In this document: piece after piece, positions 1 to 8,651 of the stretch
How positions within the stretch are numbered: the stretch's first letter is position 1
How the letters are laid out: each line of letters starts with the position of its first letter
Source: a virus
Lineage: Duplodnaviria; Caudoviricetes
Reading direction: 5' to 3' (one strand)
Length of the DNA stretch: 40,855 nt
Virus record (IMG/VR): IMGVR_UViG_3300021560_000011
Location: 1 to 40,855 of that record
Notes under the pieces: generated by a model
The model's database searches: none
The model's input: only the letters and a program-made list of their open reading frames with translations
What the model was told of the DNA's origin: nothing
Program-made: the position numbers and the translations under genes

Positions 1-123
1 GGTTTATTACTTTCAATTAGCTTTGTTCTCATCTTGCCCTCTTTTTACATTTTCAGTCCCTTGGCAGGGGTCAGTTGTGTTGACTGGTTGGGGAGTTTTC
101 TTTACTACATTTAGTCTAGCAAA
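1..123. repeat. 123-bp exact direct repeat of the window end (circular-assembly overlap)
   Basis: 1-123 is identical to 40733-40855; the 40204..40764 ORF start lies inside it and gene order is continuous across the join, giving a 40,732-bp circle. Confidence 0.95.
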
Positions 124-588
124 CTCTCCAAAATACTTGACTGCGGCTCGATTATAAGCTTCTGCTGCTTCAGCTTCATCTCTATATCTACCAAGATTCA
201 TAAGTTTTCTATTAACCCTGATAGAAGATTTCCATGATTTAGACTCTTTATCCCAAGATACACCTTTATGCTCAGATGAGCAAGATTTTAAAAATCTATC
301 TTGCTTAGCACTATTTGCCATTTGTTGAGACATAGTAGCATATCTGAGATTACATTTTCTATTATCCAAAGTGTCTCTGCTTATATGGTCAACAGTCATT
401 TTTTTACCATCTCCTAATGGCAGTATTAATTGGTGCATATAAATCATCTTACCACCACTAAGCATAGTAATTGCATAACGTTTATCCTGGGCTATTTTTA
501 CTAGCCAACTATATGAGGATAATTTAGCATAATCCTCATCATCAACTATAGCAACTAAACTTGAAGCGTATAGGGGTATCTCTCTCAT
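13..588 (-). CDS. HNH endonuclease with C-terminal AP2-like DNA-binding domain (free-standing homing endonuclease 1)
   Basis: VDDEDY N-terminus, MHQLIL, VDHISRDTLDNRKCNLR HNH motif, KGVSW...NLGRY...EAAEAYN...KYFGEFARLN AP2 domain. Start moved from 624 to ATG 588 (MREIPL) because 624 is the -35 box and the paralog at 5169 also starts MREI. Confidence 0.9.
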   Translation of the reverse strand: MREIPLYASSLVAIVDDEDYAKLSSYSWLVKIAQDKRYAITMLSGGKMIYMHQLILPLGDGKKMTVDHISRDTLDNRKCNLRYATMSQQMANSAKQDRFLKSCSSEHKGVSWDKESKSWKSSIRVNRKLMNLGRYRDEAEAAEAYNRAAVKYFGEFARLNVVKKTPQPVNTTDPCQGTENVKRGQDENKAN

Positions 589-723
589 GATGTAACTGTA
601 GCATGGTTGGTAACACCTTGTCAACAGTTACCCTGTTTCCAGTGAGCCACTCAAGTCCGTTTTCAGCCACCTGATTCAGCATCGATACCCCATCCGGTAC
701 ACAGACCGTCAACCACTAACCCC
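67..723 (-). ncRNA. candidate structured RNA split by the HNH-AP2 gene (5' part ~625-723, 3' part ~67-110)
   Basis: Minus-strand long-range pairings: GGGGUUAGU(723-715)/ACUGACCCC(75-67), GUUGAC(713-708)/GUCAAC(84-79), UGGGG(692-688)/CCCCA(93-89). Local hairpins UCAGGU..ACUUGA and CUG-GAAA-CAG. Confidence 0.45.
589..624 (-). promoter_or_regulatory. sigma70-type promoter, leaderless, for HNH-AP2 gene 1
   Basis: TTGACA(624-619)-18 nt-TACAGT(600-595, preceded by TGc)-6 nt-ATG; no SD. Confidence 0.75.
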
Positions 724-727
724 TTTG

Positions 728-1879
728 TTAACTAGCATATGAGCGTGCAAACTTCGCTAACACACCCTGTTTACGCCTATTGTTCACGGAAACGTTTCCC
801 ATCCAACCGACGTGTCCTACCCTACTGTCGCCGTTGATTGGCTTTGCGAATGTATTACCATTCTCATCCTTTAACATATCCCAGTTCCGCGAAGGGTGAT
901 AGCGAATCTTAAAGAACTTCGCATTAACATAAACACAAGAACCAAAACTCATGGAACCAGGATTAACTACACCACCAACTGCTGTACCTGGTTTGTTATT
1001 AAAGAAATCAGGAACTTTGTCATCCATGATAACTTTAGCATTCAAGAACTTCTTACCAATGAAGGGATACTCAAAGTTAAGCGCATCAGCATTTGCCTTA
1101 TACACAGCAAAGTAAGCATGAATAAAATTCTGGTAAGTAATCTGATCCATCAACATATGTGTAGCTGGTCCACCAGTTCCAAGTGAAGTCAGGTTATACA
1201 TACCCTCAAGTTCATACATAAACTGAGAGTAAGTAGTAGCTGCACTTGTACCCCAGTGATTCTGCCACCAAGTATTAGGTGCTGCTTCTGAAATACCGCC
1301 AATAGTTAAAGCCGTGCCGGTAGCAGCAGCCCCACTAATACTATCCGAACCCGCAGTATTATAACTTATTAGCATTGGTAAAGGATTCACATGGTAACTA
1401 CCATTCACAGTGGAGGTTTTAGGAACCTGCATAGCACCAGCGCCTGAACCCCACATGAAAGCTTGTGCCCAGTTTTCCTGTAAGCCTAGTTCACTCTGTT
1501 GGATACGAGCTTTCACTAAGTTAATAATCTTATGCTCATTCTGAACTACTTCCTTAGTATTGTAACTAATAGGTGAAGCAATCTGGCGCCACTCAAACTG
1601 AGCCTGAGTGATACCATCAGTAGGTTGTGTACTTAAATCATCATAACCATCATAGGAGTCAGCAGGTGCAAGACCATACATTAATTCTTCAGCAATATAA
1701 GTTCCTCCATCAGCTTCTTCATAAGACTCACCTTTGATAAGATCGTACAGGATAGAATTTGTCGCACCGATATTATCTATCAAGGTCTTTCTATAGTTAG
1801 CCAAGCTGGTAGAGAATACAGAATCCAAATAAGTTGTGATATTATTTGGAGCACTTGCATTCCCAAAAGTTAGTCCCAC
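728..1879 (-). CDS. major capsid protein
   Basis: 383 aa directly after scaffold and portal; LIDNI, SYDGYD, AQFEWRQ, final G..GN...NNRRKQG pattern typical of podovirus HK97-fold capsids. Confidence 0.85.
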   Translation of the reverse strand: MGLTFGNASAPNNITTYLDSVFSTSLANYRKTLIDNIGATNSILYDLIKGESYEEADGGTYIAEELMYGLAPADSYDGYDDLSTQPTDGITQAQFEWRQIASPISYNTKEVVQNEHKIINLVKARIQQSELGLQENWAQAFMWGSGAGAMQVPKTSTVNGSYHVNPLPMLISYNTAGSDSISGAAATGTALTIGGISEAAPNTWWQNHWGTSAATTYSQFMYELEGMYNLTSLGTGGPATHMLMDQITYQNFIHAYFAVYKANADALNFEYPFIGKKFLNAKVIMDDKVPDFFNNKPGTAVGGVVNPGSMSFGSCVYVNAKFFKIRYHPSRNWDMLKDENGNTFAKPINGDSRVGHVGWMGNVSVNNRRKQGVLAKFARSYAS

Positions 1880-1888
1880 GGTTTTTCT

Positions 1889-2719
1889 TTACTTTCTGGA
1901 GCTTTGTTCTACTTGTTCCATTGCAAGTGAGACAGCATCCTTTAGAGACATCTTACGTGAAGTAGCTCCAGTATTACTACTAGGTGCAACCCCCCTGTTG
2001 TTAGCACTTAAAGATCGTGCAACCGAATCAGCCCTACTTCTATCTGCACGGTCGCTCCTAGACTTATTACCCTTTTGAATACCAAGTTCACCTACAGCTA
2101 GTGCGAAGATCCTTCTGTAGTACCTATCTGGACTCATAGCAGGATCTGTAGGAGGAAATTCATCCATAGCTTTGGACATTTCCTTCACCACAGAATCCGG
2201 CATGTCATCAGCTCCAAACCACTCCTGAGCTAAATCCAAATGAGTAGAAGCCGTTTCCTGCTCTATAGCTTTTAGTTCCTGTTTCTCTACCCTAGATCGA
2301 AGATCTGAGTCCGTACTGCGGCTTGAGATTTTAGCTTCCAGCGCCTCTTCAAGAGCCGGGCCAAGCTTAGGAGCCAGAAAAGAGAATTCCTGGCCTAAGT
2401 GTTTTTCCAAGATTTTACTTATATCCGCCGCAGCCTGTTCCGGTTCCGCGGTACGTAGTTCAGCTTTAGTATAACCAGCCTGCCGCGCAAGGAAATCAAT
2501 AAAAGCACCGGCTTTCTGCTGATCTTTAAGTATCTGTACAATAGCCTTACCTTGTATAGCCTCTTCATCCACCCCAGGCGGCTCAACTTTATCTTCCACA
2601 TGACTTTCAGTCTTATCCACAGCCTGCTTTTCTTCCACCTGAACATCAGACTTATCTTGGCTTTCAACAGCCTTAGTCACTGCCTCAGTGAGGCTTTCAA
2701 CTTTCTCTTCTACTGGCAT
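1889..2719 (-). CDS. capsid scaffolding protein
   Basis: Acidic, helical, between portal and MCP; C-terminal MSLKDAVSLAMEQ-type capsid-binding helix; RBS AGGAG. Confidence 0.7.
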   Translation of the reverse strand: MPVEEKVESLTEAVTKAVESQDKSDVQVEEKQAVDKTESHVEDKVEPPGVDEEAIQGKAIVQILKDQQKAGAFIDFLARQAGYTKAELRTAEPEQAAADISKILEKHLGQEFSFLAPKLGPALEEALEAKISSRSTDSDLRSRVEKQELKAIEQETASTHLDLAQEWFGADDMPDSVVKEMSKAMDEFPPTDPAMSPDRYYRRIFALAVGELGIQKGNKSRSDRADRSRADSVARSLSANNRGVAPSSNTGATSRKMSLKDAVSLAMEQVEQSSRK

Positions 2720-2751
2720 AAGTAACTCCTATTTGTAAACCAACCCACCCA

Positions 2752-4626
2752 CTACTGAATCTGTTGTGCCAATTGTTCATTAACATCAGAAGTACCTGGA
2801 ACAGCCATCTGAGCATTTCTAGCTTTAGCAAGATTCCCTGGTGCCTGTGCTCCTTGCGCTCCTTGGGTAGCTTGCTGCTGCATCTGTTGTGCTTGCATCT
2901 GTGCTTGAGCTAGTGCTACTTGTATCATCTCTTGTATAACAGCCTCATTTTTATAACCAGTCCTATAAGCAGCTTCCCTGATAAGCTTAGGACTCATCTT
3001 TATATCAGGAAACTGAGTACACATACTCATAAAGTTAACAAAACTTGTTTGAGCTTGAGCCATTGCTGCTGGAGTAGCATTCTGGATATCAAAATTTATC
3101 TCAAAATCATAACCATCATCTATTTCTTGACTAGTAACATATCTATAAACAGGTTCCTGAGTTAACTGTTGCTGTGGTTGCTGTGGACCAGGATTTGTTG
3201 TATACTTTATCCAAAGACCTGATACAAGTCTCTCCTGACACTGACATAGCAGTTCTCTACCTATAGAGCATAACCACAGACTAAAATCCAACTGTTCCGC
3301 TGATTCTCTTATCTGCGCTCTACTTTGTACAATTTTCGCTTGTGTCGCAGTCTCCCTATCCGTATCCTGTCCTCTAGCTTCAGCACTAGTTCCACTGATG
3401 GTATTAAAGTCATCTTTAGCAAGTGTAAGAGCATTCTCAGAGGTAGGTCCAATTTCAGGATTATCAATAGCTTTAATAGCATCAGGTTGTTTAACTTCTA
3501 CTAAGATACCATCCGGCCCACTAGAAAACTTTTCCTTCTCCTCCTCATCTATCATTCCTTTAACAGTTTGAAACTTACGGGTAAATCTTCTGCGGTAGCT
3601 TCTAACTTGTTCCCGCGCTTCATTAATTTCATCCTGCGGAGAGAGCCATTGGAACACGGGAGGTATAGGATAAAATCCGCGTATTCTGAAGTCCCATCGA
3701 AGGTCAATAAAAGGTAATCTGTCGTAATTTCCAGACCATAACTCATGCATTTCGTAATCATCAAGTAGTAGCAGCCTCTTTTTCTGCACTTGATCCCAGA
3801 TATTCCATACCTTACATATTTCACCACTGTTATATAGAGTTTTTAAAACATCATCATTACTAGTGTATCCAGAACCCCCACCAACAAAACCACTAGCATA
3901 TTCAGCACTTATATAAGATCCACCAGAGTAGTCCTGCGGCCACGCTATACCTTTAGTGTTCTCTAAGACACTCTTATAGAAGTAGTCATAGTATCCTACC
4001 CAATCACAATCATTAAGATCAGTAGCTTCACTAGCACATACTCTGAACCTATGCGGCCAGATTCTCTTCACAAAGAATCTTTCATTCACAGGTACAGGAT
4101 CTTCCTTAACTATCCTGTCTTCTGATTCTGGAACATCCGGATCAGTCCAACTAGCTAGTTCCGGGTCTATCTTCTGGGGATTCCTCCAGTCATTCGCATA
4201 ACCTACTTCTATCATCCCGAACCGGAAGAAACTATCCATCGCGGCCCGTTTTATATGTTTAGTGAAGTTTATATTAGGATTACCAACTATAGTATTCAGT
4301 ACATTCTCTTTAAGTTGTGCTGATTGAACTGCGAAGTCCTGATTCCATTGACTGTTACCAGGTGTCGGATTTATAACATACTGAGGTTTTTGAAAGAGAA
4401 TACCTGCTAGCTTAATCTTGACAGTAGAGTATACAAGATTAAGAGTGTAAGGATTATAATTAGTGGTCGGATAATCTCGTCGTTGCTTCCACTGAAATCC
4501 CTCATAATACTCCTCCAGTAGTTTACACTTGAATTTTCCTTCCCATTCTTTAAACATTTTGTCAGCACCCTGAATCCTACTGACCCAAGGATTGTTTAGA
4601 TTGTATTCTGTTCTGTAATCAGGCAC
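2752..4626 (-). CDS. portal protein
   Basis: 624 aa downstream of TerL; YYEGFQW, NLVYSTV, RETATQA motifs and Gln-rich C-terminal barrel as in P22-like portals; GTG start with AGGAG. Confidence 0.85.
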   Translation of the reverse strand: MPDYRTEYNLNNPWVSRIQGADKMFKEWEGKFKCKLLEEYYEGFQWKQRRDYPTTNYNPYTLNLVYSTVKIKLAGILFQKPQYVINPTPGNSQWNQDFAVQSAQLKENVLNTIVGNPNINFTKHIKRAAMDSFFRFGMIEVGYANDWRNPQKIDPELASWTDPDVPESEDRIVKEDPVPVNERFFVKRIWPHRFRVCASEATDLNDCDWVGYYDYFYKSVLENTKGIAWPQDYSGGSYISAEYASGFVGGGSGYTSNDDVLKTLYNSGEICKVWNIWDQVQKKRLLLLDDYEMHELWSGNYDRLPFIDLRWDFRIRGFYPIPPVFQWLSPQDEINEAREQVRSYRRRFTRKFQTVKGMIDEEEKEKFSSGPDGILVEVKQPDAIKAIDNPEIGPTSENALTLAKDDFNTISGTSAEARGQDTDRETATQAKIVQSRAQIRESAEQLDFSLWLCSIGRELLCQCQERLVSGLWIKYTTNPGPQQPQQQLTQEPVYRYVTSQEIDDGYDFEINFDIQNATPAAMAQAQTSFVNFMSMCTQFPDIKMSPKLIREAAYRTGYKNEAVIQEMIQVALAQAQMQAQQMQQQATQGAQGAQAPGNLAKARNAQMAVPGTSDVNEQLAQQIQ

Positions 4627-4698
4627 CAGTAAACTCCTAGAGAATTTACTAGCAAGGGGTAATTAGAAGGGAAAATTTAGTAGCAGAATTACTAACTA

Positions 4699-5169
4699 TT
4701 AATTAGAGAATTCACCAAAGTACTTCTTAGTTGCTATATTATAAGCTTCTACAGCTTTCTCTTTATCTGGAAAATAACCAAGATTATACCGAATTTTATT
4801 AGCATATATTCTAGCATTCCACTTATTTAGATGTGGTACATAACTTATACCACGATGCCCATTTTTATTATCTGATCTTAATTTAGAATTCTGCATGTTT
4901 TGAGATTTTGTAGCCCGTCTTAAGTTCTCTTCTTGATTATTTAAGCCATTGCCATCCTTATGATCTATTAAATCAGCACCTTCTAATGGTAAGATAAAAT
5001 GATGCATATAAATATGTTTTTTATCTATTATAGTGATAGCATATTTATATTTTCCTTTTATATTAAGAAACCAATCATGTTTCCTTATCATATCATATTT
5101 CCAGTCATCCACCAACGCAACACAGCCGGCACGCCGATCACCACGCTTCCATAGCGTTATCTCTCTCAT
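4699..5169 (-). CDS. HNH endonuclease with AP2-like domain (homing endonuclease 2), between terL and portal
   Basis: LVDD, YMHHFIL, IDHKDGNGLNNQEENLR, RGIS...YNLGYF...EAYN...KYFGEF; more AT-rich than neighbours. Confidence 0.92.
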   Translation of the reverse strand: MREITLWKRGDRRAGCVALVDDWKYDMIRKHDWFLNIKGKYKYAITIIDKKHIYMHHFILPLEGADLIDHKDGNGLNNQEENLRRATKSQNMQNSKLRSDNKNGHRGISYVPHLNKWNARIYANKIRYNLGYFPDKEKAVEAYNIATKKYFGEFSN

Positions 5170-5205
5170 GAATCCAGTTTAGCATGTCAGAACCAACCAT
5201 GTCAA
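5170..5205 (-). promoter_or_regulatory. sigma70-type promoter, leaderless, for HNH-AP2 gene 2
   Basis: TTGACA(5205-5200)-18 nt-TAAACT(5181-5176, preceded by TGc)-6 nt-ATG. Confidence 0.78.
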
Positions 5206-5208
5206 CCA

Positions 5209-6711
5209 CTATTCAGTACTAGCCGCATTAGACACATGTCCACCAAGTGACCTACTAAGTAAACTATTGAAATAAGCAAAACTGTTCCTGGAAGGTTTTC
5301 TCAGTGCCTGTTTAGGTTGCGAGCCGTGCATAGCTACAAAATATCTTATACAATCATATGAGTGATCAGCTACTTTAATTTCTCTATCGTCACTGTAGAA
5401 ACTCTTACCATCCACAGTACCTACAAGTTTTTTCCGCTGTAATCCTATCTCCCTGATAGCTTCCCGGCAGCCAAAAGGATAATCAAAGTCACCCTTCAAA
5501 AAGTAAAGTCCTGGGGCGGGCTGAGTTTTAGCTATAGGGTGTTTATAGCGAAAGGAGGGTGCAAGTAATTCATTAATCCGATTCCGCGTTGCGAATTCAT
5601 TATTATCCGCCGGTATCCACACTAACTCAGGAGCTTCAAGAGTAGAATCCATATATTCATCAGCTATAGACCAGAAGCCACCAGCTTTCTGATTGGTCTT
5701 CTTGAAGATCTGAGGGTCAGCATAATTAGCTGAGTAATCCTCACTTCCACTCATAGCAGAGATTTCACGCCGATGGTAAGAAATAATCTGACCGGCTACA
5801 TAATATTCTCTATATACAATATAAACACCATCTATAGCTGCTATCCACAAGCAACATGTAGGTGAAGCATCCCCATGATCTAGTATCCTGAATAGGTTTC
5901 CTTTATGTATAATCTTTTCAAGTAACTCTTTATCAAAGTTAAGTATAGATTCCTTCCTCACATAATGTATTGCAGAACTAGCTATTCCCCACTTACCGAA
6001 TATATACTTATCCTGCCACTCTTTATCCCTACCAAGAGCATTATCATAAGTTTCCTCAGAACCTAGGTCACGTTGCCAAGCACCCTCACAGAAGAAATAA
6101 TCTTTCACACGATCATTAGACTCAGGATGATACTTCCTGTAGATATAGTGGAATTCCGTATCAGGGTTACAGAGCAGCATTAGGTAGGAAGGAACAATAA
6201 ACTTACCGTATTTATTTTTAGGCCAATCAGTTCCGAAGATTTCCTGATGTTGTTCTTGAAGCCAAGTTGGAACTACCACTCCATCCCATCTTCCTACACG
6301 GCTATCCAACACATCGTATACTTTCTCTTCAGTTTCTTCAGCCTGATCTATTAGAATAGAATTAGGTTCGATACCACGTAACGTGTTTTCATCTACATTA
6401 TCTAGGTGTATCCAATATATTCTGCTACCATTCTTTAAAAGTGTATTCCCATCCTGCTCACTGTGAGATTCAATCAACTCCGCTGGTAAGATCTTAAAGA
6501 AAGTCTGCATTGTTGTCTTCTTAAGATCACTATACCTCTGTCGAGCTATGATCATACGATAATTATAAAACAGGTTAAGTAGATTTATCGACTTGAAACA
6601 ACCTACCCAGGTCTTACCATTATTGAATCCACCACTAAAACAGGCATTCCTAGCTGTAGCGTGATAGAACTTCTCCTGTTGAGGATTAGCGAATTTAACA
6701 TTCAGATCCAC
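5209..6711 (-). CDS. terL: terminase large subunit
   Basis: NPQQ adenine-binding motif, Walker A GGFNNGKT, Walker B ILIDQAEE, coupling motif LLCNP, RNase H-like nuclease ILDHG / YADP / DHSYDCIRY. Confidence 0.95.
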   Translation of the reverse strand: MDLNVKFANPQQEKFYHATARNACFSGGFNNGKTWVGCFKSINLLNLFYNYRMIIARQRYSDLKKTTMQTFFKILPAELIESHSEQDGNTLLKNGSRIYWIHLDNVDENTLRGIEPNSILIDQAEETEEKVYDVLDSRVGRWDGVVVPTWLQEQHQEIFGTDWPKNKYGKFIVPSYLMLLCNPDTEFHYIYRKYHPESNDRVKDYFFCEGAWQRDLGSEETYDNALGRDKEWQDKYIFGKWGIASSAIHYVRKESILNFDKELLEKIIHKGNLFRILDHGDASPTCCLWIAAIDGVYIVYREYYVAGQIISYHRREISAMSGSEDYSANYADPQIFKKTNQKAGGFWSIADEYMDSTLEAPELVWIPADNNEFATRNRINELLAPSFRYKHPIAKTQPAPGLYFLKGDFDYPFGCREAIREIGLQRKKLVGTVDGKSFYSDDREIKVADHSYDCIRYFVAMHGSQPKQALRKPSRNSFAYFNSLLSRSLGGHVSNAASTE

Positions 6712-6716
6712 GCTGG

Positions 6717-6941
6717 TTAAACTCTAGGTAGTCCTGGTATTTTAGGGAACCCTATTTTCTTCATCCTAAGGCTGTGTATCAGCCCACCAGCTTTGAAAGC
6801 ACTAGACATATTAGAAGTTAAGGGGTGCATTCTAGGAACACCTTCACTAGTTCCACTCATTCCACTAAAATATCTAGAACCTAAAGGTGAAGCTTGCCTC
6901 TCCAGAAAGTGTTGCTGAGTTACAGATTGTAGTCTAGCCAT
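6717..6941 (-). CDS. small basic hypothetical protein
   Basis: 74-aa ORF, RBS AAGGAG, tightly packed in the late operon. Confidence 0.6.
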   Translation of the reverse strand: MARLQSVTQQHFLERQASPLGSRYFSGMSGTSEGVPRMHPLTSNMSSAFKAGGLIHSLRMKKIGFPKIPGLPRV

Positions 6942-6965
6942 TTCTAGCTCCTTAGTGCTTAACTC

Positions 6966-7310
6966 CTAGTGTTTAGGATTAGTCTGAACCACCTGGCCAG
7001 ATTTAGCTTGGGCCTGTGCTTTCTCTAATTGAGCATGAAGTTGTTTATTCTGGCTCTCAAGTTTGTCCAAAAGATCTAAAACAGGGTTGAAAGGAACCTG
7101 AACTAGCCAAGGATAACCTGTTTCAGATTCAAAAGCTCCCGCAGCATCACTTAAAACTTCATCGGGAGTTCTAACCTGACCCGGTTTAAGTGCTGTCAGC
7201 ACAGGAGGATTACCTGAAAACCGGTTATACTGCATAAGTCCAAGCAGTGGAAGGTTAATATCAGGTTTTTGCGTTGCAGTTGAGGATTCTGTGGATGTTT
7301 GTTGTGCCAT
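6966..7310 (-). CDS. hypothetical protein with C-terminal coiled coil
   Basis: 114-aa ORF, RBS AAGGAG, operon context. Confidence 0.7.
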   Translation of the reverse strand: MAQQTSTESSTATQKPDINLPLLGLMQYNRFSGNPPVLTALKPGQVRTPDEVLSDAAGAFESETGYPWLVQVPFNPVLDLLDKLESQNKQLHAQLEKAQAQAKSGQVVQTNPKH

Positions 7311-7325
7311 TTCTTTCTCCTTTTG

Positions 7326-7937
7326 CTATTCTTTAACCCTAGCAAGTCTTGGATTTGCTTTTTTAGCCGCAGCACTGGCATGTCTAGTCCTAAAAGCTAG
7401 TATTCTTCTAGCAGCATCCTTACTCACACCTTGTTTTGAGGCGATCTTACTAGCTACAGCAGCAAATCCAGGGTGCTTTGTACTCTGACCGTGCCTCAGA
7501 AGATTGTGCTTATCGTGTTTTTCGGACCCGCGATACTCTTTATCCCCTGCCCTTACTAAATCCGCTCCAGAACCTCTCTCACCGAACTCAGCTTCGGATC
7601 TATTTTTAACTTTGTTAGAAGCATCTCTTCCTCTAGGACTGACTGAAGATCCTTCCCTATCCACTGTATCACCTTTATCTTCATATTCCTTACTAGATCT
7701 TGTACCATAGTTATGAATATCTCCAGAACCCTCATCATCTTTATCCACCATCTCACCAGACTCACCCATATCACATATCTCACAGTCATCATCGCAGCAA
7801 CCCATTAAGTGATCCGCGATTCTACCATGATCCATACGCTTAGTTCTTTCCATTAACGCATGTTTATTCCTAGAAGTACTTTGTATAGCCTTTGGATTAT
7901 CTTTCCTACGCCGTTCTTCTAAATCCGATCCAAACAT
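7326..7937 (-). CDS. hypothetical protein: Cys/His cluster, charged linker, basic C-terminal domain
   Basis: HLMGCCDDDCEIC; C-terminal HPGFAAVASKIASKQGVS...ASAAAKKANPRL; RBS AAGGAG. Confidence 0.7.
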   Translation of the reverse strand: MFGSDLEERRRKDNPKAIQSTSRNKHALMERTKRMDHGRIADHLMGCCDDDCEICDMGESGEMVDKDDEGSGDIHNYGTRSSKEYEDKGDTVDREGSSVSPRGRDASNKVKNRSEAEFGERGSGADLVRAGDKEYRGSEKHDKHNLLRHGQSTKHPGFAAVASKIASKQGVSKDAARRILAFRTRHASAAAKKANPRLARVKE

Positions 7938-8003
7938 TTTAGACTCCTTGGAAGGGCCAGACTATCAAGCCCAGCCCTATTCCTACTTAAATCCTGCTGA
8001 TAC

Positions 8004-8441
8004 TTACTTCTGGCCCGGCCCAGGAGGATACTCTGAAGGTAGATCTACACTCAGCCAGCGTAGTCCTACTCCTACAATATTAGCTAAAAGAACACCTTTT
8101 CCTCCTACCCCAGAATCACAAGGAAGTGGAGGCCATACAGAACCAGGAGGTAGTGCTATTGGGTGAGTAGGTTCTACTGGCAAGAAGATAGGATGTGTTG
8201 GAACACCTGGAACTTGCGGAGGTAGAACTATTGGATGTTCCGGTTTAAGATCTGGCGGGACCGGTGGTAATACTATAGGGTGTGAAGGATGTTCACCTAC
8301 TGGCGGCGTAGGTAATACTATTGGATGCGTAGGAACTCCAGGGACTCCTGGCTGTGTTGGAGGCTGGTCAGGAGGTAAAACTATTGGATGTGATGGATGT
8401 AACCCCTGTGGTACAGGAGTGATCCAAGCTAAAAAGCTCAT
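8004..8441 (-). CDS. proline-rich PxHPIxLP repeat protein
   Basis: Six copies: PSHPIVLP, PTHPIVLP, PSHPIVLP, PEHPIVLP, PTHPIFLP, PTHPIALP; ATGA overlap with the upstream gene. Confidence 0.8.
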   Translation of the reverse strand: MSFLAWITPVPQGLHPSHPIVLPPDQPPTQPGVPGVPTHPIVLPTPPVGEHPSHPIVLPPVPPDLKPEHPIVLPPQVPGVPTHPIFLPVEPTHPIALPPGSVWPPLPCDSGVGGKGVLLANIVGVGLRWLSVDLPSEYPPGPGQK

Positions 8442-8641
8442 CTTTTTGATCTCCTTACTGTTTGGATTTTCTTACTGGCCTTAGACACGCTTGCGGGAAG
8501 CTTAGATTCTTTAGTGGAAGCAAAATCGTGAAGTTGCTGATGGCTCATCTTCAGAACACCCTTGTTCTTAGCTGAAACTTGTGAAGGGTGATGTTCTGCC
8601 AGAGCCATTAAGCGTCTTTGAGCTACTGATACTGAAGGCAT
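8438..8641 (-). CDS. small basic protein, DUF3008-like
   Basis: MPSVSVAQRR...MSHQQLHDFASTKESKLP resembles the MPAKSKAQ...L.DFASTK..LP pattern of DUF3008. Confidence 0.6.
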   Translation of the reverse strand: MPSVSVAQRRLMALAEHHPSQVSAKNKGVLKMSHQQLHDFASTKESKLPASVSKASKKIQTVRRSKR

Positions 8642-8651
8642 AGCTTTAATC

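Noticed and set aside
1-123. Terminal 123-bp repeat as a biological direct terminal repeat
   Set aside because: It cuts through two overlapping genes in the middle of the late operon and has a k-mer-like length, so it is best explained as assembler overlap of a circular contig.
67-723. Group I or II intron, or IscB/HEARO element, around HNH gene 1
   Set aside because: No P7 R/S elements or domain V seen; flanking genes are complete; the protein is HNH-AP2 with no RuvC or PLMP motifs.
4627-4698. Degenerate AATTTAnTAGCA-like repeats downstream of HNH gene 2
   Set aside because: Short, AT-rich and imperfect; probably duplication scars with no supportable function.
896-8166. Shadow ORFs from the track (896, 1836, 2419, 2920, 3552, 7196, 7291, 7504, 7556, 7948)
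   Set aside because: They overlap well-supported genes in other frames or antisense, and lack motifs or an RBS.
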